DNA from: Kudoa neothunni
Lineage: Eukaryota; Animalia; Cnidaria
Assembly (NCBI GenBank): GCA_964304625.1
Contig: OZ199838.1
Span: forward strand, 3,274,856 to 3,312,038
Reading direction: 5' to 3'
DNA length: 37,183 nucleotides
Part shown: piece after piece, positions 25,896 to 37,183 of the stretch
How positions within the stretch are numbered: position 1 is the first letter of the stretch
Layout: each line of letters begins with the position of its first letter
Notes under the pieces: model-generated
The model's database searches: none
Told to the model about the DNA's origin: nothing
The model's input: the letters and a program-made list of their open reading frames with translations, nothing else
Translations under genes and position numbers: made by a program

Positions 25896-28800
25896 ATGAC
25901 GATGGACGAGATAATAGGGAAAATTTCATTTCAAGCAAAAGCATTATCACTTGATGAACTAGCAGAGATTACCAAAAATATCCACGGTATTTGTCCGACT
26001 ATGAGTTTTTGATATTTTAAAGCAAATTTTCAGCGACTATTACACTTGATGATGATGACAATGGCTACATGAATTACATGTAATACATAGGCTATATTAT
26101 TCATTTGAACTAAGATTATTCTTATTACAGTGATAAAATACTTTCAGCGTTGAGCACAGCAGCAAATTCAGGCTATCCTATAATTACATGGCAAACGATA
26201 AAAGCGCTACAGGTTCCTTGGAAAAATGTATCAAAACCTTAATTTTTTAATTTCTAGTTAATACTAAAAGATTTTCTAACAAACCAACAATACACGCTAC
26301 CATTAGAGCAACAAATCAATGCTGTCAAATGTATGAAAGCCATTCAATCAGAATACATACCATCTGTGATGAAAGTAAAAATTAACCATTTTACACTCGA
26401 TCTAATAGATTAAATAGATTATAATTTCAACGTGGGAGTTTATCAAAGAAACAAAGCAGTTCAAATATGCTCCAGAATTAATTAAAGTAATTTATCAACA
26501 TATTCATGGTTAATATTCCACAAAACTTAATTATTATAACTATATTTTCTCATTTACACACATACATTTGTCAAATATCAATAAATTTAATTCTCTCAAA
26601 CATTGAATTGATTTAGTTCTGTTGTGAATGTTACACACAGGGAGATGATTTCAACAGTAAAGCTGTAACTAAAGGAACTATTGACTATATCATGAAAGAA
26701 ATGTGCAGCTATGCAGCAAGATTTGATGTATATCGTAAATTATACTCTAATGTTAACAAAATTATTTTAGGGACTTGGGGAAATATAAATTTGTACTGTT
26801 CAATATATCGATTTCAGTGAAACAAGACGGTAGGACTGTACTGGTTGATAATTTGTAGTGGGAAAATCTGTATTAGGATCAAAACAGACTGATGTAGAAC
26901 TTTTGAGATCGTTGTTTGAGATTTTTGGGTTTCTAAGCAAACAATTAGACCCAAAATTACCCAGGTATTTATATATCTATTCATAGAGGCTAATAATCAT
27001 CAATCACAACGTAGATCAATGAATGTTGACTATTTGGTCACGATAATTCAAATCATTTCGATGTTAATGAGACAAATTCCAGAGGTCCTGTCCAACAACA
27101 GGCATTACGTGGAGAAATTAAAGTTTGAATGGATTTATTTGCTAAAGTAATGTTTTTAACGAAACTTTAGTGGTGTATTGATACCAAACCTACTTCAATA
27201 TCTTGAACCTAACTATATGGAACAACTGTGTGCATTTGATGGAAAAGAATATGCAACTGGTAGCTGTTCTGAAAATTCATCTCAGAGAGACAGCAGTTAC
27301 GAAACAAGTGGCGAAGATTCAGATGAAAGCTCTAGTGATATCCCCTCCATTAGAATAAATCCTAATGAAAAGAATCATGGTTCCACTTACAACTGGCTCA
27401 TTAAAGTTTTGACATTTCTTGAAGCAATATTTGCAATTGTGGAAGCACTACTACATAACTATTGTGACAGTCCCAAAATCAAGCCCGGTATATCAAAAAT
27501 TATCGACTCATTCCTCTCTCACAACTTCAGAGAGTACAGCATAAAAAATTGTCAACTTTTTCTCCAAGGTATTTCAATCTGTTTATTACCAATTGCACAT
27601 GAGTTGTTATAGATTATGTCGAAAATTGAATATTTTAAGTATATTTTCCAAAAACCGTCCGTCATTATTGAAGACACCAGCAGCGTATATAAAAATGTCA
27701 TCACTATAAACCAATCCAACAAAATGACAGAATCTGATTTGAATAGGTTTGATTTCCAGTTCTATTCAAAGTAATAAACTTTTTCAAGCTCTTCTTTTCG
27801 TATCACTCACATATACAATTAACATTATAGGTTTTTGGATTACATATGGGTGTTGTTAAGAAGTGATTCGAGTTATCGAGAAAAAGCTTGCATATACCGA
27901 TTGGTTAACACAGTATTGGTGTCATTTGAGGAATGCTACAAGAATGATATCACTCAAGTCAAATTTAACTACTCGAAATTTCAATGCTATCTTCATTCTA
28001 ACGGAAAAACAAATGATGGTACCTATTTATAAATCTCTCATAAACTTAATTTGAGCTTTTTTTATGATTATAATTGTAGAAAAAAGTAGTCAATTTAAAA
28101 ATTTACTTGGCGGCTCTGAAGAAATTTTAAAAAAGTATATTGGAAAGAAACGACAGTTAAATAGCTCAAATAGCAGAATAAGTAATTTTGAGTTTGCCAC
28201 GTATATTTTTGAACAAAATTAGATTCAACCAAAAAACAACGCAAAATCAGAAAAGAGCCACAATCAAGCTATAATGTCAATAAAAAAATGTCGATCTGAA
28301 ACCGATATTCCTGTGTTAAGGTTTGAATATGTGGCCAAAAGCAACTCTGAGATTCAGCTGAATACCGTTTACGAAGATTCAAATGATGTCAACAAGAGAA
28401 TTGATAAATTTATTGGTGAGATTAAATCCAGCGCTCTCAGAACAAACAAATGTATACCACCACTTCGAATAGACTTATAGAGTGTTGTCTTATTATTTGT
28501 AAATTTGTTGATAGTGACATCGAGGGACAACGTCACCATTGAGCCCAACGTCGCAACACCTAGAATGTTCCGTTCAAAGAAACCCACATCTGTCAATAGT
28601 AACTTTATTATCATTTTTATTTTTATGGTGTGGTTTGAAATTTATTGAATCGATTAGTAAGGAGAATGTCCTACAGAAAAGAACCACCTAAAAAGTTGGA
28701 AACCAAAAACTACCTCCAGGAATTAACAGAAACCCTCACAAACAATGTTTTCAAATTTTTATCATCTATTGTTCAGGAGAAGACATCTATGAATAATACC

Positions 28801-31800
28801 AATGAGGTGGACAGCAAAATATTCCATTTCTGCACCAGCCTTTCCCAACAAATCTACAATAAGTATAAAAGTGTGCCTGAGATGTGTTGGCTATTTGGAG
28901 ATAATAGCGTGGAGATATTTTACGTTATCGTTGTAGGAATATTAACCTTGAACTACTGTGCGAACTCACCAAGCAATAACATCTCTAAAATTCCACACGA
29001 TCTTCTAAGAATCGAATTAAAAAATTTGTACAACCTAGATGGAAGTTTTGATACCTTAATGGTTTCACTATTTAAACACATGTCCTCCAATGAGTTTGAA
29101 CTCAACGTTAATTCTGTTAGCAACGATAATGAAAATCAAAGACACCTTCATAATTTCACCGAATCAATAGTCATATCACTCATACATAAATATATTGTCA
29201 ATGTGGAAAGCCCTAATCCATACACAAATATGTGTCCGAAGAAGAATGTCATATATCGATTTTTGCAGTTGTTCCATGATATTATCGTAATTGGTTGTAT
29301 TTGTTTATTACAAAACGAAACTGTGGACGATGTCGAAACCAAAAAAGTCAATCCCGTTTTCGATGTGACCAGTGATACTCTTTCGTTAGTCACTCGATTG
29401 GCGCTCAAATTGGGTAATTATATTTGATGTATTTTCAGAAATTAAACTAATGTTTTGGAATCATTCTTAATAAACATTGTTTAATTCAATTATCATAAAA
29501 AATATTTCGTTAAAAAATTTTTTAATAAACCTAACGTGTGATTATGTAATAATTAATTTACGCCAATTAACATTTTTTAATATAAAATTTAATTTTTTCC
29601 AAAAAAAAATAAAATATGATAATTTATTTTTCCATTTGGTATACTTAAGTGAATTTTGAATATTCTGATTTTCAGTCATTCACCATTTTCAGTGTTGATA
29701 AGAATTTGTTCCTGAGCAAAAACGTAAAGTATTTCAAAATCTTCCGATTATTTTTAATGTTCCTTGATTATAAATTATAAATTTGTTTAATCATAATATA
29801 TTTTTTAAAATTATCCCATATGCCATACACAAAAGCTTGTTTCCATTAATCACATTAGTCCCCAAATTTACAAGTTTTTATCGTCTACTGTAAATATGTA
29901 ATTTTGGCCAAGTCCATTAAATAAAATATTATATCGGTATTTGAAGATGGTTACTTTGCGATTTCAACATTTTTGGATCGTCAAGTTGATTAAAAATTTC
30001 GTTTTTTATATTTTCTATTCGATATATTATGTATTTTTTAAACAAAATCAAAGATTTTTTAAATTATCAATCTGAGCTTGGTTGTTATATTCATATTCAT
30101 ATGAATGAGGAATTTTATGTCTTATTTATTTTTTTAGTAAATTCGTCAATAAAATAAATTCGGTGTTAATGATAATGACCCATCTTACTTTTAGAAACGA
30201 TAACATAACAGTTAAACATATATTATCGTAATTTCGTTTATCCAATGTTTGGAAGCAAAATAATAATACTACATTGAAAAGCTATATTTTATAAGTTTTT
30301 AAATTATCCCATTAAAATAATAAATAATTTGTTTAAGGGTTTTTATTAAAAAAACTTACGAATATCCTAGACTGAATTCGAGTATTTTATTTTTTTAATC
30401 GTTTTAAACTCTATAACAAAATTCTAAGATTTGAAAAAATTTATATTTTATTATTAGAAAATTATAAAAGGTAATTGATTAATAATTTAAAGTTCGTTTC
30501 AAATTAACTAGAATTATTTCCACTTTATGATTGCAAGAAACAGTTTTTAATTTATTCGCTTAATTTCTTATACAAATAAAATCAATAAAAATTTGTAACT
30601 GAATCCAGTCCAGGTGTTGGTTTTGTCTTAAAAAATGATATATCTATCTTTTGGGTGAATTATTACTCGTTACGAAACCACTAGAAACGAATTTTTAATT
30701 TTTTCAATTTTGACAATTATAATAATTTTTTTTTAATTCGTATATAATAACACCTATCATTTTTATTGCTTGTTACAATTACAAGTAATCGAATATTGGG
30801 ACAAGTAGCATAACGGAATGGTTCGACTATTCTAAATTCTAATAGGAACCATTAAACAATATTACTCATATATTATTATTTAATAATAATTATTAGCGAA
30901 AAAATTTTTTGCGTTATTGAATTTGTGGTTAATTCTGAAATTTATTTTTAATTTACTCGAACCCTTTAATTATAATCTATTAATAATTTAATTAATCTCT
31001 CAATACAACGACAATATTAGTGTCATTTCTAAATTTCAGGTAAAAATTAAAAAATTAGTATAGTAGGAACGTTCAACAAATTAACAAAATAATATAATCT
31101 AAATAGAATATATTATTTTATATTAAGATTATAACTAGAGAATATCTATTACTTTTTTTAATTTATGTATCAAACAACTTACATTAAAACAATTAAGGTA
31201 TGTGGGACATTCACGACCGAACCGTTGAAATCATGTGTGATCGAATATGCGACAAAAATTCATTTAAAATTGGACTGGGGGAAACAAACTTTTCCTATCC
31301 TCACATCTTCTGTATGCATACAATTCTGAATTCAGCCTATACTCTATTGGTTTGTTGTCCTCGTATATGCAACTCATGGAGTCACATATTCAGAGCCTTT
31401 CGACAGATACTCCAACTAGAATCCACCATCCTCCATATTAAATACTTCGAAAAATTAGTAGACAGTGATGTGAATGACGTCGCTAACAACAAACCTAACA
31501 CCCCACCATTGAAATATACTGGCAGTATGATTAAAGACAGCGAAATGGATGATACAATTAAATCCGTGCTCTCGTTGACCAACGCAGTTGAAGTCTTTTT
31601 CAAAAGTGTATTCACCGACATTCCATTATGTGATACTATATGGTTACTTGATAAAATTATTGATGCTTCCTATGAACAGCTGGCTTTCATATTAGAAAAT
31701 GTTGATTGGGGAACAGGCGAACACACATCGCAACACCTATCGACCAATTCGCTTTATCCCGGTTCGACATTCCTATCAATTATCAAAGATGGTTTCCACA

Positions 31801-34800
31801 TGTTGTTAAACAACAACAACCTCACAATATTCTTTCTCATGCTTTTCTGGAGAAATGTTACCAACATTTTCTTTCAGACCTGTCTGTTCAACAATGAACA
31901 CATCCAATCTTTATCATTCGCTATACTTGGCGATCTCACACAATTTGTGTTGAACAACATCCCTGAAGTGCAAGTCAACTCTTCAATCAACATATGGATC
32001 TTTCAGTGCTCTTACGATAAACTCATTGATTTTTCAGGTTTGTTTCGCTACAAGGTACACCTAAATAGATTTTGTGAGGAGTAATGATTCAACTGTTTGA
32101 TATCTTGTTTAGATCATTGCTCAGATTAAATTATGGGTGGAAAATAGTCACACTATCAAAAATTCACTGTACACGTCACTTTTGGAATACATATACAAGT
32201 GTTGTTTCTGTGATTTGTCGTCTTCCACCATTAGCAATCAACAATTCACCCAACTACAAGAATTGCTCGACACATCTAACGATATTATAACTTTTATCCT
32301 AAATCAAACCATCACCAACTATAAATTTTGCCACTGGGAGTATCTGTTCTCTAGTTTAGATATCATGGATTGTCTTTACCATCTCAATGACAACCCTGAG
32401 CTTTATCATTTGAGAAACTTAATCGAAAATCTTGGACTCTCATTGACTAATATCATTTTCAGCTGTTTGAGATATATAAACAGTGACCAGGATGGAGTTT
32501 GTGATGAAAGCACAGAAGTGACTCCTTTCTATCAAAAAGATCCTCTGCCATTCTTGCTAGTGAATAGTAGAATAACTAATCGATACCAGACGGATTGCTC
32601 CTCCGATTGGCTTGCGAACGATACCCAAAACTGGATCAGGGCCACAAAAATGCATGTATCCACCTATTTAACTGTACAAAGTAAGTTTGAATCAGTCAGC
32701 ACCGTTAAACCTCAAAAAACTTTTTTTAAGTCTCATACCTATATTAGATCACTCATTAAAAAATAAATAAATTTTTGGAATGAATATTTTTAATCCTCAA
32801 TAATATTTACGCTTGCGCGGTCTTCATTTTTAATTTAAAGAATTCCATTCTAGAGTTGATGTATAAAGTTTATATTTTAAAATATAATGTAATTAATTAT
32901 TTTTGTTAATATCTACTTTTTATACTGTTATATAATTCCAATAAATACGATCTATACGACTTATTAAACTTATGGAAATTGCACATTGTAAAATAATTAT
33001 GGAACTTTAAGTTTAATAAACAAATTATTCGTTATATCGGTTAGTTGGTGTATTATAAATAAATTGATGTAAAAATCTCTTGGACATGGTATAATTAACA
33101 ATCAACTATGAATGCCCTCGCCACTTTCTTGCGTCAAAATTTAGACTTAAAAAAGTTAAAATATAACATATTATTGCTTCTAATTGAGCTCTCTACATTT
33201 TTATGTTATTGTAAATGTTTTATCTGTTACTAACAAAAAACGAATGACGCATTGAAGATGTTTTTGAGAAATCATATTATATAATTTGTAAATTATATAA
33301 CATTTTTAATTAATAATAATTAAAATTATAATAAAGAAATAAATTATTTAATTTGTGTACCTATAGTTTTAAGTTACATTTTTTCGTGATAAATATAAGA
33401 ATTAGTTTAATAAAATAAATACAATATTCAATTGTCATTGTTATAAAATAGATATAATGTATTGATTTTTGCATAAATTTATAACTAGTATAAAATTAAA
33501 TGAGATTAAAGCGGTTGATATATTTTTATTCAAAACCAGTCTAATTTTTTGTACACAGAAATTGTCGTAACGATAGAATCCAACATTGCACATGTTTCGT
33601 TTCTCCAAATATGCCTCACCATATTGGACCAACTGACTCAATTCTTGGCCTGCAATAACAATGTTAAATTGGTTGTCCTGTCCGATATTCTCATACCATG
33701 CTTCATCAAGTTGATCACACTCTCCAAATCTTTACCACCTGGAGAGTGTATTCCAGCATCTATTTGGGAGAGATTCTTTGTACTGATCAATTCAAGCTAT
33801 CAAATTATACCAATACCAGTGATCGATCAAAAACGAAAGTTGATGGGCACAATATCTGAAGAGATCAAAACGCAGGTGCATTTTGAAAAAATTTACAGTC
33901 TTGTGTTGCATCATTTGCTGGATATGTGTTATGCTACGATAAATGAAACTAGTTCGGTGTCTGAACTATCGACCAAACAAATAAAGTATCAATAAATAGT
34001 TAAGACTTATTTTATAATTTGAAATAGGTTGATCTTAGATCAATTTCTTCCAGTGAAATCAGAAACCTCTACGATCGACTATTCTACCATTTCCTATAGC
34101 TATATAAGTGCAATCGTAGAATTTTACAATAAGAGTGTCAAATGTTTGACTAGCCATTTTGCCGAGGTGATAGATTGTTACTCGATGGGCTCGTTGTCTC
34201 TGATTGGTGATAATCAAAACAAAATGGTAAGAATTGATAGAACCAATGTAACCGACCGCAAAACGGGAGGCAGAACCATAGATGAGTTGATTGAAAAACG
34301 CCAACTGTTCCCAAAAATTGTAATCTCCCCAAACAAATTATTTATAAATATTTGTTGTAGATTTTCCAAGATAATAATGAATCCACCAATACCCAACAAA
34401 GTGATATCTCGGAAGAATTTTTTATATACGCACTTGTTGTCACGTTTGAGAAAAATGACGAAAAATCAACTAGCAGCACATTATCTATTGATGATTTGAT
34501 CATTTATCTGAAAAATATAAATGTCCTGCTTGAACATCAATCCATTATTGGAACTAGATTATTGGACTACCTAAAAGAATTTATTTTGGATAACGAAGAA
34601 AGCAAATCAAAACTGTCTGTCAAAACATACCGAAAATCAAGTTCAATCAAGTCTAAGAATTCTAATGAGGTGCCAAGAGTCGGCCAAAACGTTTCTTTAA
34701 TTGCCATCACTGTTGAAGGTATTTTTGCTAAGATTATCCTTAATGAATTTTTCTGTGATATTATTTTTAGAATTTTATTCATTATTCACCAATCTAACCA

Positions 34801-35797
34801 AATCTATCAGCAAAATGGTGCTACAATCTTTGGAGTTTGATTGTCGTGTAGGTCTTCGTTTCCTTCTCCAACAACTCTATGATCTAACTTCGTTGGCCAC
34901 TCTCTCCAAGATGGGGACAGAATTCCAATCCAAACGTTTGAACATTCTATTGAATAGTTATTTATGTTTTAACAAGTACGTACAAAATAATAAAAACAAA
35001 TCTGGCTTGTACAACAGATTGAATAATGGTGGCGGCATTGAATCAAGAAATCCAGCAACATTATCCTATATTGGACCAACTGGAACAGATAAAAGGAACC
35101 AAACTAGAAATAAAACCTCTGTTCAAAGATACAAAATACCAAAGAGCACCATAAATAAAACTATTGACAAAATGGTAGCAAATTTGTCAATAACTCAATC
35201 GCAGCACTCAACTGAGAACTCCACCAAAAATGTAATATTTTTATACATTATAATTCTTTATTTTGTTTTTAGGTCGGTAATAACGAAAAATCTAATCAAT
35301 TAAGATTACCAATCATTGAAAAATGCCTTTTACAAATGAAATCATCCCTCATACTAATAGCGTGTGTTATCCTGGGAACTAAATCACAACAGATCAGTCA
35401 AAAAGAATCCGAAATTATTAATGAATACATCAATGAGCTGAAAAAGTTTATTGGTGAAAAGGAGACTGAATTTTACGTTAACATTATTCGTGTATTGTCA
35501 ACCCCCATAGAACCTCAACAAACATCACATAAAAGTTGTGATTGGTTTGATCCAGAGCTATTTGATGGAATCACAATAAATTCCTTTTGGGCCGCCGAAT
35601 GCTTAAAATTAAATGTCAAGTGGCGTCAATGTTTAGAAAGATTTCTTGACGAACTCTCCCTATTAAATATCGCCGATCTAAAAATTGTTTTCCCACCATT
35701 ATATTCACTTTTATCCAATGTAGTCAAAGTTTCAGAATGTCTTGAATGCCAACAACGTCTCAACAATCTTGTAGTCAGATCCGGGAAGTTCCTGTGA
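25896..35797 (+). CDS. ARFGEF3: ARFGEF3/BIG3 (KIAA1244)-like large Arf-GEF family scaffold, multi-exon, with two long AT-rich introns (~29414-31197, ~32681-33558)
   Basis: MDEIIGKI.., LSTAANSG..QTIKALQ, PSVMK, HIFCMHTIL..NSWSHIFRAFRQILQLE, SLEFDCRVGLRFLLQQL, LLEHQSII and the C-terminal VFPPLYSLLSNVV..LNNLVVRSGKFL* are colinear with BIG3. Three junctions do not phase canonically (see findings). Confidence 0.8.
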
Positions 35798-36599
35798 AAA
35801 TCTAACATATGTTCTACGCCATAGATCTAATTTTCTGAGTAGAAACGATACTTGGCATATTTTTTTGCTTTACATGAGTTATTTATGTGCAAAGAGCCTA
35901 AATAATATAATAAAAATTTCCTCACTGTTTCTTATAATTGCTTAAATATCTTGAAAATTATCACCTTACTAAAAATCAGTATTTATTTTTTATTGCAGAA
36001 AAAATTTGTTTTAAAAATAACGACAAGTATGAAAATACCACAAAAAATTTGTTTTATTAAAATATTAACCCGGTTCTAAGTTTTACGTTTGAAAATTAAA
36101 AATTGTTATTTGAAATATTTTTTATTTCTATAATTAAATATTTGAATATAGAATAATTATTTTCACACTAATATCATTTTTGGAAAAAAGTATCCACCTT
36201 CTATTCCTTCTATCATAGAATCTAGTTGATTCTTCAAACATTACATGAAAATTGTTAAATGGAGATTTCATCGGTTTGTGAAACAACTCCTCCATGAATT
36301 TTAACTATATATATAAAGTTTGAGTCAATTAAATCACGAATAATACTCTTATTCGAATATAGTAAAATACGATTATAAATGGAAATATAATTTTAATTCT
36401 TCATAAGTATCTGTTATTATTTGATTAACAAATAAAAATTTTAATTTATAAAAATGAAGTTTTCTATCCTGTTGACATCTTCATTACCAAGTCAGATAAA
36501 CATTTCAAGCAGCTACATAGAAGTTGAAGATTATGCCAAAATTTAATTATATATATATTATTTTAAGAAAAAAAGTGCAAAATAAAAATCTTCATATGC

Positions 36600-36930
36600 T
36601 TTCTGTGTCCTATAAAATTAATAATTTGATAAAATTTGCATTTTGCGAGCGATACTTCGATAGTTTACGAAAAATGCTAAATTCTTTTGGAATTGTTGTA
36701 TAATGACGAGCAAAATATCTTTACACTATGCCGAAAAAAACATTTATGTTGGAAAAAATGATGAATTGGACCAAGTTGACTAGGTATCAATATGTTTTTA
36801 CATAAAGACGATTGGAAAATTTTTTGTTTGTACGCACATCGAAAAAGAACATGAAATGGATCAGTGATCCGTTTTTGGTAACTTCTCTATGGTTGGTTCG
36901 GTTCCACGGGAATAATGTTAAATCGATTTT
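36600..36930 (+). pseudogene. Possible piggyBac transposase remnant
   Basis: Fragments AFCER / LR*FTKN / FGIVV / NIYVGK / ISDPFL echo the FxGR..RQY..K.GIK..IYxGK..TDNFF motif order. Heavily decayed. Confidence 0.3.
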
Positions 36931-37183
36931 TTGCGGTCATATTTTACTTCTAAGGACCGTGGTTGTCCTTTTATTTCTAAAATTTTATTTTTATGTGTTT
37001 ATTAACTATCAAATATATTTAATAAAAAAGTTTTTAAATATATCAAAATATCAACTTGGGGGCCATAAATCATAAATCATCTTGGGTAGTTCCGGATCGT
37101 TTAATTTAAAGCTTAACTGAAAGAGTTTCTCCTCAATTATTATTTCGAAACGTGTTATAAAACTCGTGGATGTTTTACAAATC

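Noticed and set aside
29414-33558. Possible snoRNA or nested gene in the two long BIG3 introns
   Set aside because: Extremely AT-rich. No convincing C/D or H/ACA structure, and ORFs 29477-29659 and 33441-33641 look like compositional artefacts.
2632-35797. Stop-codon reassignment (alternative genetic code)
   Set aside because: GUF1, TRAIP and ZCCHC10 translate fully in the standard code and end in TAA; BIG3 ends in TGA. Apparent in-frame TAGs are phase-0 splice acceptors.
28369-35808. Antisense ORFs over BIG3 exons
   Set aside because: Shadow ORFs of the plus-strand coding sequence with no independent features.

Overview
AT-rich eukaryotic (animal-like, strongly divergent) nuclear DNA with many short spliceosomal introns (mostly about 39-60 nt), so the ORF track only shows exon fragments. 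Manual splicing gives six protein-coding genes: TRAIP-like RING E3 (+), RAD9 (+), RNF19-like RBR E3 (-), mitochondrial GUF1/LepA (-) head-to-head with ZCCHC10 (+), and a long ARFGEF3/BIG3-like gene (+). Intergenic DNA holds DNA-transposon remains: a Tigger/pogo transposase pseudogene, a 2.4-kb hAT element with 8-bp TSD, a 2.56-kb GGCA-ended element with 9-bp TSD carrying a nested hAT MITE, a hAT transposase fragment and probable piggyBac fragments. The most intriguing signal is a set of up to six places in three otherwise intact-looking genes where canonical GT-AG splicing leaves the frame off by 1-2 nt and hits a stop. This could be homopolymer assembly error (favoured), non-canonical splicing, or recoding. 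Donor sites largely lack +5G. Gene names come from recalled family motifs, not database searches. The organism cannot be determined from this window; a compact-intron parasitic animal such as a myxozoan is only a guess.
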